The position numbers and the translations under genes were made by a program. Of a DNA stretch of 64,000 bases, positions 25,244 to 35,861 are shown piece by piece. The stretch lies in assembly GCA_002327965.1 (NCBI GenBank), contig DCVB01000095.1, forward strand, positions 16,659 to 80,658. The letters run 5' to 3'. This DNA comes from Candidatus Aminicenantes bacterium UBA2199. Its GTDB lineage: Bacteria; Acidobacteriota; Aminicenantia; UBA2199. Every line of letters begins with the position of its first letter. Position 1 is the first letter of the stretch. The notes beneath the pieces were generated by a model. That model saw nothing but the letters and a program-made list of their open reading frames with translations. It was not told where the DNA came from and did not search any database.

Positions 25244-26860
25244 ATGAAAAAAATGACATTCACCGCCTTGGCAATTCTTTTCCTGGCGATCTTCCTGTTT
25301 TCCGGACCCGGCGCGGTGATCAAAAAGCTGCCCGCTCCGTCGCCCTGCGGCACCGGTCTGGCCTTTGACGGCCAGGCCTTCTGGACCGTGGACCGCGACA
25401 GCGACATGCTCTACCGCATCGATCCCTCCGATGGCAGGCTGCTGGCGTCGTTCGACGCCCCGGGCTACTTCTGCACCGCCCTGGCCTGGGACGGCAAGTC
25501 CCTCTGGGTGGCCGACATGGATTTCACCAACACCTCCGCCGAGGACTATTGCGGCAAGATCTACCAAATCGACCCGGCCAGCGGCCGCACCCTGAAGGTG
25601 ATCATGGCGCCGGGGTCCGACCCGCAGGGGCTGGCCTGGGACGGCAGGACCCTGTGGGTCTCCGACAACGGCAGCCGCGAGATCTTTCAGATCAGCCCCG
25701 AAGACGGGACGACGATCAGGACCCTGAAGGCCCCCGCCGGCGACCCGCGCGGCCTGGCCTGGGACGGGAATTACCTGTGGCTGGCCGACCGCTCGAAGGA
25801 CGAGCTCTACCGCATCGACCCGGTCAAGGGGCGCGTCATCATGGTCCTGCCCGCCCCCGGCCCCTATCCCTGGGGCATGACCTGGGCAAGGAACAGCCTG
25901 TGGGTCGCCGACTACCAGGATGACGAGATCGCCCAGGTCGCCGTCTTCGTGGACGGCGCGTACACGCGCGCCAAGGAGCGGAACGCCCTGGTTACCTTCA
26001 CCCACGACGTCATCAACTTCGGCCCCGGCACCGTGACCGATCTGGACGTCTACCTGGCCCTGCCCAAGCAGCGCTCCACCCAGGATATCCTGGCTGTCGA
26101 GTTCGCCGAGGTCCCGGATGCCAGGCTGACCGACCGCTGGGGCCAGGAGGTGGCCCGCTTCCGGAAAACCTCCCTCAAGCCCGGCGAACGCGCCTTGACC
26201 CGCATGCGCGTCAAGGCCAAAATTTACGACGTGATGTACCATCTCTTCCCGGAGAAGGCGGGAACGCTGAAGGACATCCCCGCCGACGTGCGCAACCGCT
26301 ACCTGGCCGATGACGACAAGTACCGCCTCAAGGATCCGGTCATTCAGGCGGCGGTCAAGGAGGCTGTCACCCGTCCGGACAACCCCTACTGGATCGCCCG
26401 CGACCTCTACGACTGGCTGCACGACAAGATGGTCTACCAGCGCATCGGCGGCTGGGATGTGGCGCCCACGGTGCTGCAGCGCGGCTCGGGTTCCTGCTCG
26501 GAGTACGCCTTCGTCTACATCGCCATGTGCCGCGCCGCCGGGCTGCCGGCGCGCTACGCGGGCTCGGTGGTCGTGCGCGGCGAGGACGCCAGCTTCGACT
26601 TCGTCTACCATCGCTGGGTGGAGGTCTACCTGCCCAACAGCGGCTGGGTGCCGGTCGATCCCAGCGGCGGCGACCAGGAGTCCACGCGCGACCAGGCCAT
26701 GTACTTCGGCCACCTGGAGAACCGCTTCCTGATCACCACCGAGAGCGGCGGCGGCTCCGAGTACCTGAAGTGGGACTACAACTCCTCGGAGAGCTGGCAG
26801 GCCGACGGCCGCGTGCAATTGCGGCTGGAAATGATCGCCGATTGGGACAGGCTCGAGTAA
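25244..26860 (+). CDS. Secreted beta-propeller (glutamine cyclotransferase-like repeats) fused to transglutaminase-like cysteine protease domain
   Basis: SD CAGGAGG and a signal peptide. Five repeats of the type GLAWDGxxLWVAD. C-terminal transglutaminase core GSGSCSEYAFVYIAMCRAAGLPARY...HRWVEVYL...VPVDPS (Cys-His-Asp). Confidence 0.8.
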   Translation: MKKMTFTALAILFLAIFLFSGPGAVIKKLPAPSPCGTGLAFDGQAFWTVDRDSDMLYRIDPSDGRLLASFDAPGYFCTALAWDGKSLWVADMDFTNTSAEDYCGKIYQIDPASGRTLKVIMAPGSDPQGLAWDGRTLWVSDNGSREIFQISPEDGTTIRTLKAPAGDPRGLAWDGNYLWLADRSKDELYRIDPVKGRVIMVLPAPGPYPWGMTWARNSLWVADYQDDEIAQVAVFVDGAYTRAKERNALVTFTHDVINFGPGTVTDLDVYLALPKQRSTQDILAVEFAEVPDARLTDRWGQEVARFRKTSLKPGERALTRMRVKAKIYDVMYHLFPEKAGTLKDIPADVRNRYLADDDKYRLKDPVIQAAVKEAVTRPDNPYWIARDLYDWLHDKMVYQRIGGWDVAPTVLQRGSGSCSEYAFVYIAMCRAAGLPARYAGSVVVRGEDASFDFVYHRWVEVYLPNSGWVPVDPSGGDQESTRDQAMYFGHLENRFLITTESGGGSEYLKWDYNSSESWQADGRVQLRLEMIADWDRLE

Positions 26861-26884
26861 CCGGCAAGAAACTCAACGAACTCC

Positions 26885-26997
26885 TAGTGTCAGCAAGCGG
26901 CCTTATGGGTATAAGTGGTAGTGGTAGTGATAGTGGTAGCCGGAGATTAGAAGGAACTCTTGTTCTTTCGCATAACACCTGACGCATAACGATAAGT
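26885..26997 (-). repeat. Inverted copy of the 94-bp unit (GTGGTA hexamers x4) followed by GCATAAC-type heptamers
   Basis: The reverse complement of 26885-26950 matches 23131-23200 (ctccggctaccactatcactaccactaccacttata...cttgctgacact). gcataac acctgac gcataac gataagt lies at 26970-26997. Confidence 0.85.
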
Positions 26998-27009
26998 ACC
27001 ATTGCAATT

Positions 27010-27150
27010 GGTTTACGGTATACGGTTCACGGTTTACGGGAAGAAAAGAGGGCTACCTTAAACCTTACGCCTTACACCGAATGCCATTTCTTCTTCCCAC
27101 TCACCCCTAGCCCCTCGCCCCTCGCCTACTTGTCACGCGTCACGCGTCAC
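27010..27150 (-). repeat. Composite ~135-bp element, copy 3
   Basis: ggtttac ggtatac ggttcac ggtttac - gggaagaaaagagggct - accttaa accttac gccttac - accgaatgccatttcttcttccc - (tcacccc tagcccc tcgcccc tcgccta) - ttgtcac gcgtcac gcgtcac. Confidence 0.9.
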
Positions 27151-27173
27151 AAAGATCGATCTCTTGCTCTTTC

Positions 27174-27262
27174 GCATAACGCATAACGCATAACGCTTAA
27201 CGCATAACGATAAGTACCAATGCCAGTCATTGCATTCGGTTCACGGTGGACGGATTACGGTT
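27174..27262. repeat. GCATAAC heptamers x6 followed by GGTTNAC heptamers x4
   Basis: gcataac x3 gcttaac gcataac gataagt (27174-27215); ggttcac ggtggac ggattac ggttcgt (27238-27262). This repeats the module order seen at 26970-27037. Confidence 0.9.
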
Positions 27263-27466
27263 CGTCATTCTTTTGACCTCCTGCCGCGTTCCTCCAATTT
27301 GGGACTCACTGATTTTCGCCGGAACCGCTTCATTGCGCTTCCCCGTGAACAAATGGCCGATCCGCTGCGTATATTTCCACAGCGTGTCAGGAAGATACCC
27401 CCCGGTCCCCAACGGCTTGATGCATGGAATCGGGAGGCTGGCGGCACGCGCAAGGAGAAACGGCAG

Positions 27467-28771
27467 ATGGGCAATGGAAAAAACGGTAGAAAAGTGAAGT
27501 CGCGCAAAAAAATCGTCTGGATCGCGGTGGGGAGCCTCATCCTCCTGCTGATACTGAAATCGGTCGTATGCGGCAAGAGGGATCCCGGCATCACGGTGCA
27601 GACCGAGAAGGCCGCCCGGCGGGACATCACCCAGCTGGTGTCGGCCACCGGTATCATCAATCCCGTCTACCAGGTCGTCATCACCCCGGAAGTGACCGGC
27701 GAGATCGTCGAGCTGCCGGTCCAGGAAGGCGATCGCGTAAAAAGGAACCAGCTGCTGATCCGCATCAAACCTGACTCCTATGCCGCCCAGCGCGATCGGG
27801 CCCAGGCCAACCTGGAATCAGCCCAGGCCAACCTGGGGATCCGCCGGATCGAGAAAGGATACATCGAAAGCAATTTCAAGCGCACCGAGGAGCTCTTCCG
27901 CAGCGGCGTAACGAACCAGCAGGAACTGGAAAAAATGAAGGCCGACCTGGCCTCCAGCATCGCCCAACTGGAGGCGCAAAAAGCCATGGTCCAGCAGGCG
28001 GAGGCGGCTCTTAAGGAGTCCAGCGAGAACCTGAAAAAGACCGCCATCTACTCGCCGATGGACGGCACGGTCAGCCAACTCAACGTCGAGCTGGGCGAAC
28101 GCGTGCTGGGCAGCGGCTTCAGTCAGGGCACCAACCTGATGACCGTGGCCGACCTGGGCAAGATGGAGGCGATCGTCGACGTGGACGAGAACGACGTCGT
28201 GCTGGTGTCGATCGGCGACACGGCCAAGATCGAACTCGACGCATTCAAGAACACCACGTATAACGGCGAGGTCACCCAGATCGCCAATTCCGCCAAGACG
28301 ACCGGCCAGGGCACCCAGCAGGAGGTGGTCAATTTCGCCATCAAGATCGCTCTCAGCGACTTCAATTCCCAAGTCCGGCCGGGCATGTCCTGCAACGCCG
28401 ACATCGAGGTCGAGACCAAGGACAACGTGCTGACGGTCCCGATCCAGAGCGTCACCGCCCGCTCCGCGGAGGAAGCCGCGGCCGGCACAACGCCGGACTC
28501 CAGCCGCGAGCTGATCGTTGGCAAGACCAGCAAGAAAAAGCAGTCCAAGCCCAAGGAGGTCGTCTTCGTGGTGGACAAGGACACCGTGGCCATGAAAGAG
28601 GTGAAGATCGGCATCAGCGACAACGAATACATCGAGATCATCTCGGGCCTGAAGCAGGGCGAGGAAGTGGTCAGCGGTCCCTACCGTGCCATATCCAGCG
28701 AGCTGCAGGACAAGACCAAGGTGAAGCTGGAAAGTAAGGGCAAAGCCGGGAAGGGCGGGAAAAAAAACTGA
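27467..28771 (+). CDS. macA: Efflux transporter periplasmic adaptor (HlyD/MacA family)
   Basis: AAGGAG upstream of ATG 27467. N-terminal TM anchor, coiled-coil hairpin, lipoyl and beta-barrel domains ([19 protein letters not shown]). Confidence 0.85.
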   Translation: MGNGKNGRKVKSRKKIVWIAVGSLILLLILKSVVCGKRDPGITVQTEKAARRDITQLVSATGIINPVYQVVITPEVTGEIVELPVQEGDRVKRNQLLIRIKPDSYAAQRDRAQANLESAQANLGIRRIEKGYIESNFKRTEELFRSGVTNQQELEKMKADLASSIAQLEAQKAMVQQAEAALKESSENLKKTAIYSPMDGTVSQLNVELGERVLGSGFSQGTNLMTVADLGKMEAIVDVDENDVVLVSIGDTAKIELDAFKNTTYNGEVTQIANSAKTTGQGTQQEVVNFAIKIALSDFNSQVRPGMSCNADIEVETKDNVLTVPIQSVTARSAEEAAAGTTPDSSRELIVGKTSKKKQSKPKEVVFVVDKDTVAMKEVKIGISDNEYIEIISGLKQGEEVVSGPYRAISSELQDKTKVKLESKGKAGKGGKKN

Positions 28772-28790
28772 GGCCGCAAGCCGAGACAAC

Positions 28791-29501
28791 ATGAACATCA
28801 TTAATCTGGAAAACATTTCCCGGGTATACCAGGTCGGCTCCGAAGAAGTCCATGCCCTGGACGACGTGTCCCTGAAGATCGACCGCAACGAGTACGTGGC
28901 CATCATGGGTCCTTCGGGCTCGGGAAAATCGACACTGATGAACATCGTGGGCTGCCTGGACACGCCGACGAGCGGCTCGTACATCCTGAAGGGGACAAAT
29001 GTCAGCGACATGAGCGACAACGATCTGGCCGAGGTGCGCAACCGCGAGATCGGCTTCGTTTTCCAGACCTTCAACCTGCTGCCCCGCGCCACCTCCTTTC
29101 ACAACGTTGAACTGCCTCTGATCTACGCCGGCGTCCCCGCCGCCGAGCGCCGCGAGAAGGCCGAGCAGGCCCTGTCCAGCGTCGGCCTGAAGGAGCGCAT
29201 GCTGCACAAGCCGAACGAGCTTTCCGGCGGCCAGCGCCAGCGCGTCGCCGTGGCCCGGGCGCTGGTAGTCGGCCCATCGATCATCCTGGCTGACGAGCCG
29301 ACCGGCAACCTCGATTCCAAGACCGGCGAGGACATCATGGCCCTGTTCCACGAGATCTACCAGCTGGGCAACACCATCATCCTGGTCACGCACGAGGAAT
29401 ACATCGCCAACCACGCCAAGCGCGTCATCCGCCTGCTGGACGGCAAGGTGGAGAGCGACAAGACGGTAACGAACTGCACCGTTCCCAATCGGGGGAATTA
29501 G
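28791..29501 (+). CDS. macB: ABC transporter ATP-binding protein (MacB/LolD type)
   Basis: Walker [10 protein letters not shown], signature [15 protein letters not shown], Walker [12 protein letters not shown]. Confidence 0.9.
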   Translation: MNIINLENISRVYQVGSEEVHALDDVSLKIDRNEYVAIMGPSGSGKSTLMNIVGCLDTPTSGSYILKGTNVSDMSDNDLAEVRNREIGFVFQTFNLLPRATSFHNVELPLIYAGVPAAERREKAEQALSSVGLKERMLHKPNELSGGQRQRVAVARALVVGPSIILADEPTGNLDSKTGEDIMALFHEIYQLGNTIILVTHEEYIANHAKRVIRLLDGKVESDKTVTNCTVPNRGN

Positions 29502-29503
29502 CC

Positions 29504-30735
<1,232 letters not shown>

Positions 30736-30736
<1 letters not shown>

Positions 30737-31962
30737 TGAAATTCTGGGAAGTCCTGAAGGTCGCCTTCGCCTCGCTGCGCGGCAACAAGCTGCGCTCCTC
30801 GCTGACCGTGCTGGGTATCGTTATCGGCATTTTCTCCATCATCTCCATCAGCACCGTGATCACCATGCTGCAGAACTCCATCAACGAGGGGCTGTCGAGT
30901 CTGGGAAAAAACACATTCCAGATCCAGAAGTTCCCGGCCATGCAGCAGGGGCGCCTGAGCGACAAGATCCGCAACCGCAAGAACCTGACCATTGAGGAGT
31001 ACTACCGGCTGCGCGAGATGCTCGACGAGGCCAAGCTGGTCGGCGCCGAGCAGTGGCAGTTCGGCAAGCTCTTCAAGTCGCAATATGACGAGACCAACGC
31101 CAATATCCAGCTGGCCGGCGCCACCCCCGAGGCCATGCTGACCAACGACTGGCAGATCGCCGACGGCCGCTCAATCAACCAGGACGACATGGACCGCAAC
31201 CGGCGCGTCTGCGTGCTGGGCGTCGACGTGGCCAGGAAGCTTTTCCCACGCGTCGACCCGCTGGGCCAGGAGATCAAGGTCGACGGGTTGCGCCTGGACG
31301 TCATCGGCGTCCTCGTGACCCGGGGCGCTATGTTCGGGCAGTCGCGCGACGGCTTCGTGGTCGCGCCGCTCTCCACCTTCCAGGCCAAGTACGGCAAGAC
31401 CAGCCGCAGCGTCAACATCACGGTCATGGCCCACAGCCCGGTCACCTACAACCGCACCATCGACGCCGCCATCGGCCACATGCGCACCATCCGCAAGGTG
31501 GCGCCGGGAGAGGAGAACGACTTCGACATCTTCTCCAACGAGTCGCTGATCTCGCAGGTGGGCCAGATCACCCAGTACGTGCGCCTGGGCGCTATCGTCA
31601 TCGCTTTCATCGCGCTGCTGGCCGCAGGCGTCGGCATCATGAACATCATGCTGGTCTCGGTGACCGAGCGTACGCGCGAGATCGGCATCCGCAAGGCCAT
31701 CGGCGCCAAAAAACGCAACATCCTTTTCCAGTTCCTGGTCGAGGCCGTCACCCTGTGCCAGTTCGGCGGAATCATCGGCATCGTTTTGGGCCTGAGCGCC
31801 GGCAACCTGGCCGGCAAGGCCCTGAATGCCGCCCCGGCCGTGCCGCTCGACTGGGTGCTGGCCGGCATCGGCCTCTGCGTGCTGGTCGGCGTCGGCTTCG
31901 GCACCTACCCGGCCTGGAAGGCGGCCAACCTGGACCCCATCGAGGCATTGCGCTACGAATAG
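30736..31962 (+). CDS. ABC transporter permease, second paralog (MacB_PCD + FtsX)
   Basis: ATG 30736 overlaps the preceding TAA by 1 nt (MKFWEVLKVAFASLRGNKLRS). FtsX motif ERTREIGIRKAIGAKKRNI. The 812 aa track ORF (29524..) is a frame artefact upstream of this start. Confidence 0.85.
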
Positions 31963-32130
31963 TGAGGCGTAACGCGTGACGCGTGACGCGAAGTATGCAA
32001 AAGCAATTTCCGGACTGCTGAGTAATGGCAAATGAAAAACAACAAAGGATCTTTTGCCAACACGGGACCATTTCTCGGAAATCGGTTTTCTATTGCTTTT
32101 TCGCGTTACACGTTATGCGTCACGCGTCAC
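31962..32130. repeat. Inverted pair of GTGACGC-type arrays between convergent genes
   Basis: gtgaggc gtaacgc gtgacgc gtgacgc (31962-31989) and gcgttac acgttat gcgtcac gcgtcac (32103-32130). The second array encodes the last codons and the stop of gltS. Confidence 0.9.
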
Positions 32131-33499
32131 GTTGGCTCGTTCCGTCTCCTCCCGGCCACGGCTTCAGGCGGAACCAGCCGCTCAGCAGCGACACCAACCA
32201 GAAGAAGGCCATGATCCCGGCGGCGAGGGCCAGCGCCCGCCAGGCGCCATAGCGGACGATCAGGAAGGGGGCGGTGGCGGTGACCAGCCCGCCGCCCAGC
32301 AGCGGTTCGTAGACCATCTGCTTGAAGCCGAAGGCCTCGGCCGTGCCGGTGTCGTACAGCGGGTCGACCAGCCGCAGCAGCAGCAGGCCGATGGCGGTCA
32401 CGCCGCTCTGCATGCCGTACTCGGTGACGCCGCGCTCGAGCCAGTAGCGCGGGAACATGCGCGGCGCCAGCACGGCCAGGGTGAAGAACAGCCAGGCGAT
32501 GCCCGCGGCCATCAGCAGCAGGAACGGCCAGAAATTGGTCACGAAAAGATCGAGGCGCATGGTGGCGATGGCCGCCACCACCAGCAGGTCGATGGAAAAT
32601 CCGAGGATGCGCTCGAAGGTGTCGCGGTCGAAGTAGCGGTCGACGCGCAGCGGCCGCGCCAGCGCCTGGATGAGCAGGCCGCCGATCATGGCCAGGGGGA
32701 AGAGCGGGAAACCGCGCAGCAGCGGATGCAGGGCGCGCACGCCGCCCAGCATGATCCAGCCCAGGAGCACGGCCAGCGCCACCAGGGCGAAGTGGAAAGC
32801 GAACGGCTCCAGCGAATCCGGCGAGACCGTGGCGTGGGCGATCGGGAAACGCTGCTCCCGGCTCAGCAGGCCGGAAGAGGGGCGGCGCAACGCCGCACCA
32901 TGGCCCGGGCCCAGGGTGCGGTAACCCCGGCGCAGGGCGATGTTGATGAACAGGATGCCGCCGACCACGGCGGTGATGATGCCCACGGTGGCCGACATCT
33001 GCGCCAGGGCCGCTCCGGCCGGGAAACCGACCTCCTGGAAGACCCCGGCCATGCCCGCGGCCGTGCCGTGGCCGCCGGAAAAGCCGATCTCGAGGATGCA
33101 GGCAAAGACCGGCGGCACGCCGAAAACCGGCGAAAGAACCAGCAGGGTGAGCAGCAGGGCGACGACGTACTGGCCCAGCCCGGCCACCAGGCCGAAGCAG
33201 AGCTGTGCCCCGCCCTGGTTCCAGATGGCGCGCATCCCCGGCAGGGCGACGCCCAGGAACAGGCTGGCAAACACGATGTTGATCAGCAGCCCGGGGACCT
33301 GCGCCCACTCGCGCCCCACCCAGGCTGGCAGCAAATCGAGCAGATAGGGGCCGCAGGCCAGGGCGATGAAGCCGCCCAGGATCGAGGAAGGCAGGTAGAG
33401 GGTCTGGAACAGGCGCACGGCCACGCGCAGCGCCTTGCCGAGCAGGAGAAAGAGGCCCAGCAGGCAGAAGCTGAAGAACAGGGCGCTGGCTCCTTCCAT
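32120..33499 (-). CDS. gltS: Sodium/glutamate symporter (GltS family)
   Basis: 459 aa polytopic membrane protein. GltS-like N-terminus (LLGLFLLLGKALRVAVRLFQTLYLPSSILGGF). The last 4 codons and the stop lie inside a GTGACGC heptamer array. Confidence 0.8.
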   Translation of the reverse strand: MEGASALFFSFCLLGLFLLLGKALRVAVRLFQTLYLPSSILGGFIALACGPYLLDLLPAWVGREWAQVPGLLINIVFASLFLGVALPGMRAIWNQGGAQLCFGLVAGLGQYVVALLLTLLVLSPVFGVPPVFACILEIGFSGGHGTAAGMAGVFQEVGFPAGAALAQMSATVGIITAVVGGILFINIALRRGYRTLGPGHGAALRRPSSGLLSREQRFPIAHATVSPDSLEPFAFHFALVALAVLLGWIMLGGVRALHPLLRGFPLFPLAMIGGLLIQALARPLRVDRYFDRDTFERILGFSIDLLVVAAIATMRLDLFVTNFWPFLLLMAAGIAWLFFTLAVLAPRMFPRYWLERGVTEYGMQSGVTAIGLLLLRLVDPLYDTGTAEAFGFKQMVYEPLLGGGLVTATAPFLIVRYGAWRALALAAGIMAFFWLVSLLSGWFRLKPWPGGDGTSQRDA

Positions 33500-33656
33500 G
33501 GCGATGATACTCCGGGGCGGCCTTCACAACCGTCGCCGCCGCAGCTAACCTTAGCCGACCCAATGGGCGAAGTCAAGACAAGGGGATCCCCGGACAGGAA
33601 TGTGCCGCCGGTGATCGGGAATTCTTTTTCGACGTTCCCGGATTTCGTTGCTCCGC

Positions 33657-34436
33657 CTATTTTGCTTCGCGGATCGCCTGCTCCAGCCGGGGATTGATCC
33701 GGACCTTCTGCTGGCCGGCCCGCTCCAGCCACTCGCGCGCCTTGTCCAGGCGCCGGGTGACGAAATAGACGTTGATCAGGTTGTTCAGGCAGCGCTCGTG
33801 GGCGGGCTCGCTGGCCAGCGCCAGCAGGTACTGGCCCTCGGCCTCATCCAGGCGCCGCAGCTTGAAGAGAAGATTGCCGTGCAGGACCTGGAACTCGGCC
33901 GGGATCTCGAAGGGGGAAGCGGCGCCTCCGATGACCTCGGCGGTGGCCCGGCCGGTCTTCTTGCTCTCGTAGGCGCGGTCCACGGAGACGCAGGCCAGGC
34001 TGCTGGTGCTGCCGCCGATGCTCTGGGCGGCGAGCTCGCGCATGCGCTTCTCGTCCTCCCTGGACATCGACAGCCAGTTCGTTTTCTGATTTTCCCACAC
34101 CTGCTGCAGGGCGAGACAACCCTTCTCGGCCCGCTCGATCCAGGCGAGCGCCGCGGCGATCTCCCCCGCCTGGTTGGCGACGACCGCCTTGCCATAGGCG
34201 GCGTTGGGGTGCCCGGGCAGGATCGCCAGGCAGCGGTCGAGCTCCTTGCCGGCCTGCTCCCAGTTCCCGGCCGCCGCCAGCTCGAGACCGCTGTTCGCCG
34301 CCGGCAGGGCCGAGTGGTACTTGCGCAGCATATCAATGTCCTGTTCCAGACTGGTGCTTTTCTGGGCCGGGAGCGCCAGCGCGAACAAGAAGCAAACGCC
34401 GCAGATGGAAACGAGTCGTTGCTTGTTTTTCATCAT
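33657..34436 (-). CDS. Secreted TPR-repeat protein
   Basis: AGGTGA SD upstream of ATGATG 34436 and signal peptide MMKNKQRLVSICGVCFLFALALPAQ. Several TPR-like helical repeats (AAYGKAVVANQAGEIAAALAWIERA...). Confidence 0.7.
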   Translation of the reverse strand: MMKNKQRLVSICGVCFLFALALPAQKSTSLEQDIDMLRKYHSALPAANSGLELAAAGNWEQAGKELDRCLAILPGHPNAAYGKAVVANQAGEIAAALAWIERAEKGCLALQQVWENQKTNWLSMSREDEKRMRELAAQSIGGSTSSLACVSVDRAYESKKTGRATAEVIGGAASPFEIPAEFQVLHGNLLFKLRRLDEAEGQYLLALASEPAHERCLNNLINVYFVTRRLDKAREWLERAGQQKVRINPRLEQAIREAK

Positions 34437-34510
34437 GATCTCACCTGAATGAATTATACCATAGTGAGGTTCAAACCAACCGCTTCTGCAGGAATCAAGA
34501 CGATCCAAAA

Positions 34511-34746
34511 GTGTGAGTGATAGTGTTGGCGTTAGCGGGAACCAAGGAAATCGGTTTACGGTGGACGGTTTCCAAAGCAAAGAACAAGCGATTGTTGATG
34601 GGTAGAAGAGTAGAAGGGTTGATGGGTTAGCAGCCCTTGATTGGGCCATGCCTGAACCCTTCAACTCTTGAACTCTTTAACTCTTCAACTTTTTTGTTTG
34701 GGTCAAAGTCCCTGCCCGGGGAAATGTTAGTGACAGTGTCAGCAGG
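34511..34746. repeat. Mosaic including two period-8 arrays
   Basis: gtgtga gtgata gtgttg (34511-); ggtttac ggtggac ggtttcc (34552-34573); gttgatgg gtagaaga gtagaagg gttgatgg gttagcag (34593-34632); cttcaact cttgaact ctttaact cttcaact (34658-34689); gtgaca gtgtca (34730-34741). Confidence 0.85.
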
Positions 34747-34760
34747 AAATGAAAGGAATC

Positions 34761-34894
34761 GGTTTACGGTGGACGGTTTACGGTTTACGGGAAGAAAAGA
34801 TGGCTACCTTAAACCTTACGCCTTACACCGATTGCCATTTCTTCTTCTCTCTCACCCCAAGCCCCTAGCCTCTCGCCTACTCGTCACGCGTCAC
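34761..34894 (-). repeat. Composite ~135-bp element, copy 4
   Basis: ggtttac ggtggac ggtttac ggtttac - gggaagaaaagatggct - accttaa accttac gccttac - accgattgccatttcttcttctc - tcacccc aagcccc tagcctc tcgccta - ctcgtcac gcgtcac. Lies directly downstream of the DprA-like gene. Confidence 0.9.
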
Positions 34895-34910
34895 GATGGA
34901 TCCCGGGGAG

Positions 34911-35861
34911 TCAGAATAGCCGCTTCTGCTCCGGGGATTTCCCGGCCGCCGCGGCACGGACGACCTCGGCGATCGGCCCGGCCCCGGCGGCGGGGTCCCA
35001 GGATACCGCGCCCCTGCGAATCAGCTCCCGGTTCCCCTCGGCAGGGGTAGAGAAGCTGGCGGGCGCGGCCGCGAACACGGGGATGCCGAGCTGGAAGGCC
35101 GCCCGAGCGGCATTGAAAGAGCCGCTCATGCGCTGGTCGGCGTCGCGCTCGGGGCCGGAAATGACCACGACCAGCGCGTCGGAGAGGGCGGCAACGAGCC
35201 GGTTGCGCGCCATGGCCTGGAAAGCGGCCCACTTGGAATCGGGGGGGAACTGGGAGACCACCAGGATGTTGTCCACCGTCAGATGCTCCCGCAGTTCGGG
35301 CCGGGTCTGGAAACGGTGCAGTCCCTCGGCCAAGACAAGGGTGGTCGTGCCGCCCGCGCCCAGGGCGGCCGCGTGGGCGGTGCTGTCGATCCCCGCGGCA
35401 TAGCCCGAGACGACATTGGCTCCCCGCGCGGCCAGCCCGGCGGCCAGGGAAGCGGCGGCCGCCAGGGCATCCTCCCCGGCCTGGCGCTTGCCCACGATCG
35501 CCGCGCCCGGCCGCTCCAGCAGGGCGACGTTGCCCCTCACGTACAGCAGCGCCGGCAGCGGGAGCTTCTCCTCCAGGACACTGAGCCGGCGAGGGAAATC
35601 GGGATGGAGCGGGTGCAGCAGGGTCACGTCCCGCCCGGGAAAGCCCCCGCTGCCGTTGTTTTCATGGAGGGTAAGATCGGGAATGGCGAAGCCCGCCCGA
35701 CATACTCCCAGCGCTTCGCCGAGTTTTTCGGGATTCCCGACAAGCCAGGAGGCCGTCCTGCCGATGCCGGCCAGGTAAGCAGCGATGCGCCACAGCGCCC
35801 TGGGTCCCAGCCCCCTGACGGCGGCCACTGCGCGCCAGGCCCGGCCTTCGGGTGTGTTCAT
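34911..35861 (-). CDS. DprA/Smf-like Rossmann-fold DNA-processing protein (possible ShosA-like)
   Basis: DprA core IVGKRQAGEDAL...GANVVSGYAAGIDSTAHAAAL..TTLVLAEGL...ARNRLVAALSDALVVV..SGS...A...GIPVFA. The ATG overlaps the stop of the upstream PRTase gene (ATGA). Confidence 0.7.
   Translation of the reverse strand: MNTPEGRAWRAVAAVRGLGPRALWRIAAYLAGIGRTASWLVGNPEKLGEALGVCRAGFAIPDLTLHENNGSGGFPGRDVTLLHPLHPDFPRRLSVLEEKLPLPALLYVRGNVALLERPGAAIVGKRQAGEDALAAAASLAAGLAARGANVVSGYAAGIDSTAHAAALGAGGTTTLVLAEGLHRFQTRPELREHLTVDNILVVSQFPPDSKWAAFQAMARNRLVAALSDALVVVISGPERDADQRMSGSFNAARAAFQLGIPVFAAAPASFSTPAEGNRELIRRGAVSWDPAAGAGPIAEVVRAAAAGKSPEQKRLF

Noticed and set aside
33500-33656. Possible riboswitch or leader upstream of gltS, and similar inspection of 36455-36586 and 60616-60748.
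   Set aside because: I could recognise no conserved riboswitch core, no convincing terminator/antiterminator pair and no repeat modules. These are treated as ordinary promoter regions.
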